64,000 nt of DNA, taken from positions 1,920,001-1,984,000 of the forward strand of contig CAVSGO010000007.1 in assembly GCA_963727525.1 (NCBI GenBank), in the 5' to 3' direction. Shown piece after piece: positions 9,448 through 18,928 of the stretch. Position numbers and translations under genes: made by a program. The number at the start of each line of letters is the position of its first letter. Position 1 is the stretch's first letter. Source of the DNA: an uncultured bacterium (GTDB lineage: Bacteria; Krumholzibacteriota; Krumholzibacteriia; LZORAL124-64-63). The notes under the pieces are model-generated. The model was not told the origin of the DNA. It worked only from the letters and a program-made list of their open reading frames with translations, and ran no database searches.

Positions 9448-10199
9448 CAGGTATCCTCCCGGCCGGCCGCCGGGTTGGCGGCGTTGAGGCGATCCAGCAC
9501 GTCGAGGAGCTGTGCCAGATCGTCGATGACAAACTCGGCCAACGCGGCCGCGTCCTTCTCGCCCTGGTCCGGCGTGCGGTAGGGCGGCGCCTGGTCGCCA
9601 TAGCGGGCGTAGACGGTGTGCAAGCCCAGATCCCGCGCTCCCAGGATATCGCGCGACGGCCAGTCGCCCACCATCACGGCGCGCTGCGGGCCCACCCCCA
9701 GCTCGGTGAGCGCCATCTGGAAGGGGCCCGGCGCCGGCTTGCGCGCTCCCGTGTCGTCGAAGGTGAAGACGCCGTCGAAGGTGTGCTGCAGGCCGAGACG
9801 GCACAGGCGAAGCCAGGCCTCGAAGCGCGGCGCATCGCTCACAACGGCCAGCCGGTAACCTTCGCGCAGGAGCCGATTCAGCACCATGGTCGCGTGCGGA
9901 TAGAGCACCTGCGATCCATCCCGCGCGCGGCGGTAGGCAATGACTGCGGCGGCGAGGATGCGGTCGTGCACCTCGCCCATCGTCTCCTTGAGGAACCGGT
10001 CGAACACCCGCTGGTACTCGATGCCCTCGGCCTGGTAGATGGCATAGATGCGCCGGTGGGCTTCCTCGCAGGGCAGTGGGAGCCCGGCGTCGATCATGGC
10101 GTCGGCGGCGGCACGGATGGCGTCGTCCTTGGCCTTGATGAAGTCGGTCAGCGTATTGTCGAGATCGAAGATGACGGCCTCGATGGCGCGGCTGGACAC
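9447..10199 (-). CDS. HAD-superfamily hydrolase (subfamily IA)
   Basis: VIFDLDNTL motif I, VVSD, RKPAP, MVGDWPSRDILGA. Confidence 0.9.
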   Translation of the reverse strand: MSSRAIEAVIFDLDNTLTDFIKAKDDAIRAAADAMIDAGLPLPCEEAHRRIYAIYQAEGIEYQRVFDRFLKETMGEVHDRILAAAVIAYRRARDGSQVLYPHATMVLNRLLREGYRLAVVSDAPRFEAWLRLCRLGLQHTFDGVFTFDDTGARKPAPGPFQMALTELGVGPQRAVMVGDWPSRDILGARDLGLHTVYARYGDQAPPYRTPDQGEKDAAALAEFVIDDLAQLLDVLDRLNAANPAAGREDT

Positions 10200-10293
10200 G
10201 GGACACCTTCCTTGCCGGGGGATCGCCCGAGCGATATTAATGACAGACGCGGCTGCTGCCAAGGCACGGTGGTGCCGCATCACGGACGGAAGC

Positions 10294-11121
10294 ATGCACG
10301 ACACGCCACCGCCGCATCCAACCGACCCGCTAGGCGGGCTCTGGCGCACCTGGTCCACGACCCGGTTCGTGATCTTCGCGTTCCTGCTGCTCGCGGCGTC
10401 GTTCCTGCTGCAAATCCTGGTCTATGGCCTCACGAACGACATCTTCCTACCCGTGCTGGTGGCCGATCTGGTGGGCGTGATCCTGCCCTGCTGGCACGCC
10501 GCACGGGAGGCCGGCGGAACGCTGGGACGTGATTTTCACCTCACGCGGCCCGAACCGCTGACCCTGGTGGCAGCCGTGATCGTGGCGGTGGCCGCGCTGG
10601 TGCCCACGTCCTTCCTGGCCGAGCTGTCGTCACGCATCCACGCCGTCGACCCGCAGTGGGTGCTGTTCTACCAGAAGAACCTGCCCGGCCACTGGCCGGG
10701 GATCGCTCTGGCGGCGGTCACCGTGGTCGTGGTCGCGCCGCTGGCAGAGGAGTTGCTCTTTCGGGGCGTCGTCTACAGGCTGGCACGCCGCACCTGGGGC
10801 CCGTGGCCGGCAGCCCTCGTCTCCGCCCTGGCGTTCGGCCTCATCCACGGGGAACCCTGGTTCCTCTTCGGCCTCATCGGTCTCGGCCTGCTCTTCGCCT
10901 TCCTCTACGAGACCACCGGATCCCTGCTCGCCACCGTGATCGCCCACGGCGTCCACAACGGTATCTCCCTCGCCCTGATGGTGGCGCAACGCGACGAGCT
11001 CGGCGACTCTCTCGATCCCCATGCGCAGGACTGGCTGTTCCTGGTGCTGTCGGCGGTGGCGCTCGCGGTCACACTGATCGTGCTGAGGCGGCGCGGGCAT
11101 GGACTCGGCGAGACACGTTGA
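10294..11121 (+). CDS. CPBP/Abi (CAAX) intramembrane glutamic endopeptidase
   Basis: Multiple TM helices; EELLFRG, FGLIH, HGVHN motifs. Confidence 0.9.
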   Translation: MHDTPPPHPTDPLGGLWRTWSTTRFVIFAFLLLAASFLLQILVYGLTNDIFLPVLVADLVGVILPCWHAAREAGGTLGRDFHLTRPEPLTLVAAVIVAVAALVPTSFLAELSSRIHAVDPQWVLFYQKNLPGHWPGIALAAVTVVVVAPLAEELLFRGVVYRLARRTWGPWPAALVSALAFGLIHGEPWFLFGLIGLGLLFAFLYETTGSLLATVIAHGVHNGISLALMVAQRDELGDSLDPHAQDWLFLVLSAVALAVTLIVLRRRGHGLGETR

Positions 11122-11163
11122 CGCTTCACGGAAACGGGCGCCGCAATTCCCCCGCGACGGTGC

Positions 11164-11664
11164 TCAGGACCCCAGCAACTGCGGATTGAGCCGCCATACC
11201 GCGAAGTTCAGCGCTGAGGCGAAGCTGACCCACATCAAGTAGGGAATGAGCAGCGCGCCGGACAGCGGGCTCACGCGCCAGAACAGCATCAGGGTCGCCA
11301 GTATGAGCAGCCAGAGCAGGACCACGTCGGCGAAGGCCAGGGCGCCCCGGTGCCAGCGGAAGAAGAGCCAGCTCCAGAGGGCGTTGAGCGCGAGCTGCGC
11401 GACGAAGAGGGAGAGCGCGAGCACGGCGCCGCGCAGTCCCGCGGTGCGCCACACGAGCCAGGCGGCGATGCCCATGAGGGTGTATAGCACCGTCCACACC
11501 GGCCCGAAGACCGTCGGCGGCGGCGACCAGTCCGGGCGTACGAGCTGGGCATAGAACGACTTGGCCTGGATCGACGCCACCGCGCCGATCGCGGCGGTGG
11601 CGTAGCTCACCACCAACCAGCCGATCAGTCCGATCCCCTGCAGTGCCTTCGTATACGTGACCAT
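11164..11664 (-). CDS. tspO: TspO/MBR tryptophan-rich sensory protein
   Basis: LVRPDWSPPPTVFGPVWTVLY, QLALNALWSWLFF, LIPYLMWVSFASALN. Confidence 0.95.
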   Translation of the reverse strand: MVTYTKALQGIGLIGWLVVSYATAAIGAVASIQAKSFYAQLVRPDWSPPPTVFGPVWTVLYTLMGIAAWLVWRTAGLRGAVLALSLFVAQLALNALWSWLFFRWHRGALAFADVVLLWLLILATLMLFWRVSPLSGALLIPYLMWVSFASALNFAVWRLNPQLLGS

Positions 11665-11683
11665 CGATCCTCAACTCGAGTGA

Positions 11684-14600
11684 TCAGCGCCAGTCGCCGG
11701 TTCCCACGAACGCGGCCCATAAGAACGGGTGCACACTCCGCCCGCTGGCCCGTCGCTGGGCGAGGATGCGCCGCGACGCCTCTCTCAGGGCGACAGCCGA
11801 GCCGAAGCCGTCCTGGAGCCGTGCGCGGTAGAGTTCGGTCATCCACTCGCGGGTCGCAACATCCTCGACGGGCCACAGGCTCATGATGACGGTGCGGGCG
11901 CCGGCGATCTCGAAGGCGCGTTGCAATCCGAAGACGCCCTCGCCCGGCAGCGTCTCGCCGAGGCCGGTGTCGCAGGCCGAGAGCACGGCCCAGTCGACGC
12001 CGTCGAGGTCGAGCGTCGAGATCTCCTCGGCGGTGACGATGGCGTCCTCCTGGCCGGGCTGTGCCTCGGCTCGGCGGTTGGCCCCGGCCAGCGCCAGGCC
12101 CGCGAGCAGGAGCGGATCGTCGGGGAAGTCGGATGTGCTCGCCTGGCAGTCGCCGGCGAGGAACCAGCCATGGGTCGCGACGTGCAGGAACCGATGGCCG
12201 GGCAACGAATGCTTGAACGCGTCCTCGGTGGCCGCCGCGCCACTGAGCATGGTCACCGGGCCGCTGGCCAGCGCCGCGATCGCCTCGCACTCCTGCCGCG
12301 TGCCCGGCAAGGGCGTGAAGCGATGGGTGACGAAGTCGGCGCAACCGGGAAGCCCCCCGCGCAAAGCTTCGGCTGCCGGATCCGCCGGCGAAGGGTCCAT
12401 GGCGAGGTCGAAGTCCGGATCGCCGACGAGGACCAGGCCGCGTCCGGCCGGCCCCGACACGAGGTCGAGTCCTTTCTCGCGGCTGAGATAATGGATCACG
12501 GGGTCGTGCTCGACGAGGAAGCCACCTTCGGTGTCCGGAAGCGCGGCCAGCGGCAACAGGTGCAGGTCGCCGGACGGCACGACGAAGACGAGCGACGCAT
12601 CCCCCAGGCATGGTGTCAGCGGATCCCAGATCGCGGTCCGGAGCCGGCCGCCCGTCGCCAGGTTGGTCGCCAGCGCCTGCTCCGCCATTGCCGGCACCGG
12701 GACCCGGGCAGCGGCCAGGCCGGCACGCCACCGCGTCACCAGACTGTCGATGGTCGCGGCAGGCCCCAGATCGATGGCACGCTCCCCGGTCGCCGCCAGG
12801 ACGAACCCGCAGTACCAGGGCACCGATTGCGTGCCGCGCACGCGCCCGAAACGCTGGTACGCCACCAGGGTGGCGCCGGTTGGTAGAGCCGCGCGCACAG
12901 CGTCCAGACCCTCGTCGCGCCCGCGCGCGGCGGTCCGGTAGCTGGCGCTACGTGCGGCAAGCGCCGTTTCCGCCTCGCGCTTGCGCAGCTTCGCGTCCTG
13001 GAGCATCTGCGCGAACTGTGTGGGGAGGCGGTCGGACATGCCGCGCACGTAGAGGTCGGCGAGCTGACTGCGCGCGGCATGCACCGCGTCCGCGAGCTCG
13101 CGCGTCGTATCGTCGTCCGCCGATGCGACCGCACGCCGGCGCGACACGAGTTCGTCCAGCACCATGCCGCGCGAACGGATCACGCGATCCCAGACCTTCG
13201 CGACGGCGGCGCGGTCCGGCCCTTGCTCCAGCAACGCGGATATCGCCAGATCGAGCCCCTTCACTCGCGACAGCGCGAATTTCTGCGCGACGTTCTCGCC
13301 AAGCGTCTGCACGACGACGCGAAACTGCTGCGCCGCGAGATCCTCGGTGGTCAGCGCGTCGGTCAGAGCGGCGTCGGCACGCCCCTGGCGCAGACGGATA
13401 CTCGAGCGGTTGGCATGGAGGCTCGCCTCGACCTGCGGATCGATCACGACCGCCGCGCCGTCGAGCGCGCTGTCGAGCAGGGCGGCGGCTGTCCTCAGAT
13501 CGCCGCGGGCGGCGCGGATCGAGGCCAGATCGCTGCGTACCTCGGCCACCCGGTAGTGGTCGTCGCCGACGGCGTCGATCAAGCCGGGCAAGCAGTGTTC
13601 GAGATGCGTGCCGGCGGCGTCGAGGTCGCCGGCCCGGCGCTCGACCATCCCGAGGTACGCCTCCGTGGTCAGGGCGCTCGGGTGATCGGCCCCGAGCGTC
13701 CCGGCGACCAGGCGCAACGATTGCTCGAGGATCTGCCGGGCCTGGACCACCTCGCCGAGGGACTCGTGGGCGATGGCGAGGTTGTTCAGGACGTCGCACT
13801 CCTCCGGGTTCTCGAGACCGTAGGCGGTCTCGTACCCCGCGCGCGCGCGCTCGAAGTATCTGAGCGCCACCTCGTGGTCGCCGAGGCCCTGGGCCACCTG
13901 CCCCAGACCGGTGAGAACGCCGATGACATTGGGCCGCTGGCCCATGTCGTTGGCCTCGTAGATTGCGAGGGCGCGCTGAAAGAGAGGCTCGGCGCCGCGC
14001 AGGTCCCCGAGGGACAGCAGGTTGCTGGCCTGCGACATGCAGGCGAACGCGGTGAGGGGATGGTCGGGTCCGGACACCTTCTCGATGCAGGCGAGCGCCT
14101 TGCTTCCCGCCGCTCGCGACGAGGCGAGGTCGCCGAGGAGGCGGTCGATGTGCGCGAGGTTGGCGTAGGCCGCGCCGACCCTGGCCGTGGTCAACCCATG
14201 GGCCGCCTCCATCGCCGCGGCGACATGCGCAAAGTAAGGTCGGGAATCCGCGAGACGGCCTGCCGACGCCAGCGCGATGGCGAGCACGGCCTCGGCGTCA
14301 TTGATCGCGGTGTCGCCGGGATCGAGCAGCCGCTGCCGGATCGCCAGCGCCTTCTCGCACATGGGGATCGACTCCGCGGCCCGGCCGTCCAGCCGCAGCT
14401 TCGCCGCCCGCGTCATGATGGCGGCGGCTTCGTACAGACCGTCGGGATCGCGCGCCTCGGTGATGGCGAGCGCGCGGCGTGAAAGCTCGTCAGCCGCCGG
14501 TTCACTACCCCGCCCCGCCGCCCCCAGCGCCCGCACGTGACGATCGAGGCAGCGCGCCAGCTCGAGCGAGTCGGGTCCGTACACCCGCGACCAGAGCGCC

Positions 14601-14785
14601 CCCAGCGACTCCGCGGCGGCAACACCGGCGTCGTACTTCCCATCGTGAAAGAGATCGTCGAGCGCCTGCAGGCTGATCGCAACGGAATCGGGCGTGGCCG
14701 GCGCGGCCTCGGCGTGCGCGCACGTCCCCGCGCCGAGCCAGGGCCCGTAGGCGAGGAACGTGATCAGCAGGAACCGGTTGACCAT
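11684..14785 (-). CDS. TPR-repeat CHAT (caspase-like) domain protein, probably exported
   Basis: Signal-like N-terminus ending AHA-EA; about 42-aa kinesin-light-chain-type TPRs (GPDHP, GADHP); intact CHAT dyad HVATHG and VLSACDTG; GARTVIMSLWPV, HPFLWAAF. Confidence 0.9.
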   Translation of the reverse strand: MVNRFLLITFLAYGPWLGAGTCAHAEAAPATPDSVAISLQALDDLFHDGKYDAGVAAAESLGALWSRVYGPDSLELARCLDRHVRALGAAGRGSEPAADELSRRALAITEARDPDGLYEAAAIMTRAAKLRLDGRAAESIPMCEKALAIRQRLLDPGDTAINDAEAVLAIALASAGRLADSRPYFAHVAAAMEAAHGLTTARVGAAYANLAHIDRLLGDLASSRAAGSKALACIEKVSGPDHPLTAFACMSQASNLLSLGDLRGAEPLFQRALAIYEANDMGQRPNVIGVLTGLGQVAQGLGDHEVALRYFERARAGYETAYGLENPEECDVLNNLAIAHESLGEVVQARQILEQSLRLVAGTLGADHPSALTTEAYLGMVERRAGDLDAAGTHLEHCLPGLIDAVGDDHYRVAEVRSDLASIRAARGDLRTAAALLDSALDGAAVVIDPQVEASLHANRSSIRLRQGRADAALTDALTTEDLAAQQFRVVVQTLGENVAQKFALSRVKGLDLAISALLEQGPDRAAVAKVWDRVIRSRGMVLDELVSRRRAVASADDDTTRELADAVHAARSQLADLYVRGMSDRLPTQFAQMLQDAKLRKREAETALAARSASYRTAARGRDEGLDAVRAALPTGATLVAYQRFGRVRGTQSVPWYCGFVLAATGERAIDLGPAATIDSLVTRWRAGLAAARVPVPAMAEQALATNLATGGRLRTAIWDPLTPCLGDASLVFVVPSGDLHLLPLAALPDTEGGFLVEHDPVIHYLSREKGLDLVSGPAGRGLVLVGDPDFDLAMDPSPADPAAEALRGGLPGCADFVTHRFTPLPGTRQECEAIAALASGPVTMLSGAAATEDAFKHSLPGHRFLHVATHGWFLAGDCQASTSDFPDDPLLLAGLALAGANRRAEAQPGQEDAIVTAEEISTLDLDGVDWAVLSACDTGLGETLPGEGVFGLQRAFEIAGARTVIMSLWPVEDVATREWMTELYRARLQDGFGSAVALREASRRILAQRRASGRSVHPFLWAAFVGTGDWR

Positions 14786-15023
14786 GGCGTGCTTCCCTGC
14801 ACCGCGTCTGGTGGCAACGGGCGCTTTGCGGCAAGCTAAGGCCATCGGGGAACGGGCGCCATGCGTGGCGCGTGGACTCGCCGGGATGACGCGCACGGCG
14901 GACGTTGGTCTCGTCGCGCCGAGCGTGCCGGTCAAGGTGAAGACGCGCGGGCCGACACCGAAGCTGTCGCACACGAGCCGGCAGGTGCCGCCGGTCGCGT
15001 GATACGCGAGGCGGCGAACGCAC

Positions 15024-15057
15024 GAGCCCCCGGAGCGCCTTCGCACCCCGGGGGCTC
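15024..15057. terminator. GC-rich hairpin downstream of the M1 peptidase gene
   Basis: GAGCCCCCGG...CCGGGGGCTC, 10-bp perfect inverted repeat. Confidence 0.55.
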
Positions 15058-15074
15058 TCCATCATCAGCGCCGT

Positions 15075-17795
15075 CTACCGCACCAGTACCAGCCCGCGCG
15101 TGTCGATGGTCTTGCCATCCACGCGCAGCCGCGCGAAGTACGTGCCCGAGGCGCAGGGCCGCCCTCCCACATCGGCACCGTTCCAGTGCACCTCGTGCCG
15201 ACCAGCGGCCATACTGCTCTCCGTGAGCACGCGCACGCGGTGGCCCTGGGCGTCGTAGATCGCCAGGTCCACGTCGGCCGCGCGCGGCAGGCTGAAGGGG
15301 ACCACCGTCTGCGGGTTGAAGGGGTTGGGGTAGCACTGTTCGAGGACCGGACGCAGCGGTGGCGCCGCGGCGTCGTGGTCGGGTGTCGCGGTGGCCGGGC
15401 TGTACGGCTCGCCGAAATAGTGATCCAGGATGTAGGCGACATTCTGCGGCAACGCCGTGGCATTCAGCCTGTACGGGCGCCCCACGATGTACGCTAGCCG
15501 TCCACCGTCGGGACGATGCGTGCCGCCGAGCGGCGGCTCGACGATACAACCGGTGCCGCGCTCGCCGCTGAAGCCGCTGGTGTCCTTGAAGAGCAGGGTG
15601 GAGGTCGGACCCACTGCGGTCTGGAAGACGTCGTTGTACGACTGGGCGCCGGTGAAGCTCATGTCCACCAGGCCGGGCGCCACGGCCACGCAGTTGTCAA
15701 GGGTGGCGTCATGTTCGGCCCAGGTCACGCCGAGATAGGTGGACAGCGTCCCGGAGAGGAAGCTGGCGCCGCGCCGGCTCATGAGCAGCACGTTGCCGCC
15801 CGCTGCGAGGTACGACGGGATCGGTGTCTCCTGCCACAGCGGCAAGTCGCCGTTGTAGTCGTTGCCGATCCAGATCACGGCCGAGTACTGACCCAGGACG
15901 CCCGCCGGCACGGCGCCGTGACCGAGGGCCGGCGGCAACGTGGACGGGTAGCCGCCCGACGGCGTGGCAAAGCAATCCCAGAACGAGATCGGCGCGTCGC
16001 CCCAGAAGGCCTGCGCGAGGTAGGCGTTCTGGATCTCCGGGGAGTAGACGTTCCAGTCCACGCCGTTCACCAGCAGGATGCCATGATCGAAGGTGGGGTT
16101 GCTCACCGAGGTGTGCACCTGGCGCAGGATCCAGCGATCAGGGTCGAGTTGCACGTCGCTCACGGTGCCGGCCACGTCGAGCACGTAGCTCTCGCTGGCC
16201 TGGCTGTTCTCCACGCGCAGGTCCACCGTGCCCTGGTCGGTCGTCACGCGCAGCGGGATGGTCATGGTGAACAGGCCGGTGTCGGTCTGCACCTGGTCGA
16301 TGGTGACCGAGATCTGATTCGCGCCAGGTCCGGGATTCCAGGAATACTCGTAGATCGGGAAGTATTCGCCGTAGATCCACTGCTGGAAGAACGCGTCGAG
16401 GTCGCGACCACTGACGGACTCCATCACGTCACGGAACTGCTCGGTCGTGGCGGAACCGTAGCCGTACTGCGCGCGGTACTGCGCGAGGCCGGCGAAGAAG
16501 TCGTCGTCGCCGAGCACGCCGCGCAGCATGTGCACCACCCAGCTCCCCTTGTTGTAGCTGAGGGCGGTGCTGAAGATGTTGTCGTGGTTGACGTCTTCCA
16601 CGATGATCGTGCCGGCGCCGTAGTACGCGGCGGCGTCCATGTACTGCCGGTAGGCGGCCTCGCCCACCGATTGTTCCTTCCAGAACGCCTCGCACCACGT
16701 CGCGAAACCCTCGTTCAGCCAGATGTGCTGGAAGTTGGCGCACGTGATCATGTCGCCCCACCACGAGTGGGCCAGCTCGTGCGAGAGCAGGTCCTCGGAG
16801 TAGCCGCCCAGGCTCGTGCACGTCTGGTGCTCCATGCCGCCGCCCCACACGAACTCGGCCTGGCCGTACTTCTCGTCCACGAAGGGATATTCCCCGAAAC
16901 CATGCGCGTAGGCGGTGATCATGGGCACGACGAGGGCATACGTGCTCTGCACGGCGTCGTAATGATCCGGGTAGACGAAATACTCCACCGGCATCGGGTC
17001 GCCGCCGTCCAGGCGCGGGTACATGTGGGAGAATTGCGTGTAGGGATAGCAGGCGATCGAGACGAGGTAGGTGGCGATGGGATAGTTCGAGTGCCAGTGC
17101 ACGGTGTGCGTCGAACCGTTGTTCACGTCCCCGACCTGCAGCCCCTGGCTGGCGACGACGAGGTTGCTCGGCAGCGTGACACGGACGTCCAGCGAGTCCG
17201 CCTTGTCATCGTTGACGTCCTTGCACGGCCACCAGACGTGTGCGCCGAAAGGTTCACTCAGCGACCAGATCATGGGCTGACCGGCGTGGCTGTCCCAGCC
17301 GAAGAATTCGCCGGCGGGATTGCCGCTGTAGGTGAGCGCCACCGTGACGCTCTCGCCCGTGGCGTAGGCGCGGTCGAGGTCCACGGTCACGAGGTCGGCG
17401 GCGTGGGTCCAGGTGGTCGCCGCGCCGTTCACCGAGGCCGCCGTCACGGCCATGTTGGCCACCAGGTTCAGCTCGAAGGTGCTGATGCTCACGCCCGTCA
17501 CCGTGGCCGTGGTGGTGACGGTACCGCCCAGCGTGCTGTTCGTGGGCGTGAGCGTGAGGTCGAGGTCGTAATGGGTGACGTCGTAGAGCGCCTGATTCGC
17601 GGTGGCCGGCGGTACGGCGAGCATGGCCTTGGCCAGATGTTCCTTCAGCGTCGCCTCGTCCTGGCGGTGCTGCCACAGGGTCTGGCGCAGGGCGTCGGGG
17701 TCATCGGAGGGCGCCGCGAAGGCCGCAGTCGCGGCGACGGCAAGAAGGACGACGAGGACGACACGCGCCCGCAAAGACAAGGCAAAGGTGGTCAT
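15075..17795 (-). CDS. Secreted M1 family aminopeptidase with C-terminal FlgD Ig-like domain
   Basis: Signal peptide; GGGMEH, HELAH..WWGD...WLNEGFA, YNKG; C-terminal CYPNPFNP...WNG.D..G...ASGTYFARL. Confidence 0.93.
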   Translation of the reverse strand: MTTFALSLRARVVLVVLLAVAATAAFAAPSDDPDALRQTLWQHRQDEATLKEHLAKAMLAVPPATANQALYDVTHYDLDLTLTPTNSTLGGTVTTTATVTGVSISTFELNLVANMAVTAASVNGAATTWTHAADLVTVDLDRAYATGESVTVALTYSGNPAGEFFGWDSHAGQPMIWSLSEPFGAHVWWPCKDVNDDKADSLDVRVTLPSNLVVASQGLQVGDVNNGSTHTVHWHSNYPIATYLVSIACYPYTQFSHMYPRLDGGDPMPVEYFVYPDHYDAVQSTYALVVPMITAYAHGFGEYPFVDEKYGQAEFVWGGGMEHQTCTSLGGYSEDLLSHELAHSWWGDMITCANFQHIWLNEGFATWCEAFWKEQSVGEAAYRQYMDAAAYYGAGTIIVEDVNHDNIFSTALSYNKGSWVVHMLRGVLGDDDFFAGLAQYRAQYGYGSATTEQFRDVMESVSGRDLDAFFQQWIYGEYFPIYEYSWNPGPGANQISVTIDQVQTDTGLFTMTIPLRVTTDQGTVDLRVENSQASESYVLDVAGTVSDVQLDPDRWILRQVHTSVSNPTFDHGILLVNGVDWNVYSPEIQNAYLAQAFWGDAPISFWDCFATPSGGYPSTLPPALGHGAVPAGVLGQYSAVIWIGNDYNGDLPLWQETPIPSYLAAGGNVLLMSRRGASFLSGTLSTYLGVTWAEHDATLDNCVAVAPGLVDMSFTGAQSYNDVFQTAVGPTSTLLFKDTSGFSGERGTGCIVEPPLGGTHRPDGGRLAYIVGRPYRLNATALPQNVAYILDHYFGEPYSPATATPDHDAAAPPLRPVLEQCYPNPFNPQTVVPFSLPRAADVDLAIYDAQGHRVRVLTESSMAAGRHEVHWNGADVGGRPCASGTYFARLRVDGKTIDTRGLVLVR

Positions 17796-17868
17796 GGAAG
17801 ACTCCCGAGATCGGTGGCGACGGTGAGACGTGCGGCACGGGCCCGCGGTTGACATGCCTGGCCAGCAG

Positions 17869-17897
17869 ATTGTAGCACAGAATCGCAAATATGACAG
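17869..17897 (-). promoter_or_regulatory. Putative sigma70 promoter of the M1 peptidase gene
   Basis: CTGTCA-N17-TACAAT with extended -10 TG. Confidence 0.5.
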
Positions 17898-18070
17898 GGC
17901 TGAAGTCGGATCCACCGGCGCCAGGAGACCATCGCGCCGTGGTCCGATATTCCATCAATGAACGCACACATTCAGAACCAGGGTCGGTCTCGCGGGAACA
18001 TCGTCGCGCCACGAGGTGTTGGCGCGCACACCGCGATGCAAGATTTCACCATCGACGAACGTGAGAGACC

Positions 18071-18928
18071 ATGCCTCGCCCGTCCCTTCGTGCCCTCGCC
18101 GTGGCCATTGCGGTGGCCGCGGTTGCCGGCGCCGCTCTGGCCGAGCCGCCCCTCACCCACGAGAACCTCGACTGGGCCGCGCCGTGGCGGTGGGTGCATC
18201 TCGACAATGTCGATCCGGCGCAGGCGACGGTCTTCGAGTCGGCGCGCCGCGGCTGGTTGAAGGCTCTCGATCGCGACGATGGGCGGCGCGACGAGGGACT
18301 CCTCGGCGATGGACGACCGCTCTTCTGGAGCGCCCAGGGCGACAGTGTCGATTCCTACCTCACGTTCTATCCATTCCGTACCTGGAGCGACCTCGACGAC
18401 CGCGTCGCCATGGTGCGCCGTACTAACGGCGTCGTGGGTGAGGATGCGGCGGCCGCGTACGACGCCGGCGATGCGGCCCTCGTGCCGCCACATCTCTGGC
18501 AGATCTGGCGGCGGCGTGCGGCGGCCGACATCGTCACCGCCGCCACCGACTCGCTCACCGAGCTGACGGCGAGCCGCGCTCGCGTCGAGCGGCGGCAGGT
18601 CGACTGGGTGCGGTGGGACGACTTCGAGCAATGCTGGGCCGCCGTGCAGGCCGCGCTCGCGGCCCAGGACTATCCGCTGGCTTGCCGTGTCTTCACGAAC
18701 ACGTATGGGGGGCCCCAGGGCGATATGGTGCTCATGTGGCTGGCCCCCGATGTCGCGCACTACCAGGCGGCGCCGACGCTCGCCGACGCGATCGCCCGCC
18801 AGCTCGGGCCCGAAGAGGGCGCCCGGCTCGTTGCCGACCTCGACGCTCTATTTCCCGCCCGCCAGACGTGGGAGATGACGCGGCGCGCCGATCTCTCGAA
18901 CCTCGCAACAAGGAGTGTTTCGCCATGA
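18071..18928 (+). CDS. Exported hypothetical protein (possible tandem NIPSNAP/dimeric alpha-beta barrel-like halves)
   Basis: Signal peptide ending AALA; coding-like codon usage; both halves end in a similar (I/M)xRRRA/RRADLS segment; stop overlaps the tpx start (ATGA). Confidence 0.72.
   Translation: MPRPSLRALAVAIAVAAVAGAALAEPPLTHENLDWAAPWRWVHLDNVDPAQATVFESARRGWLKALDRDDGRRDEGLLGDGRPLFWSAQGDSVDSYLTFYPFRTWSDLDDRVAMVRRTNGVVGEDAAAAYDAGDAALVPPHLWQIWRRRAAADIVTAATDSLTELTASRARVERRQVDWVRWDDFEQCWAAVQAALAAQDYPLACRVFTNTYGGPQGDMVLMWLAPDVAHYQAAPTLADAIARQLGPEEGARLVADLDALFPARQTWEMTRRADLSNLATRSVSP

Noticed and set aside
6812-10206. Apparent long N-terminal extensions or fusions of TsaD and Nnr in the ORF track
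   Set aside because: The extensions are off-frame read-through of upstream genes; true starts coincide with stop/start overlaps at 7822 and 9447
11684-14785. TPR-CHAT as part of a CRISPR Craspase or anti-phage system
   Set aside because: No cas genes, array or defence-island context in the window
14829-14845. Sigma54-like TGGCCTTAGCTTGC upstream of the CHAT gene
   Set aside because: GG-to-GC spacing is 9 rather than the required 10 nt
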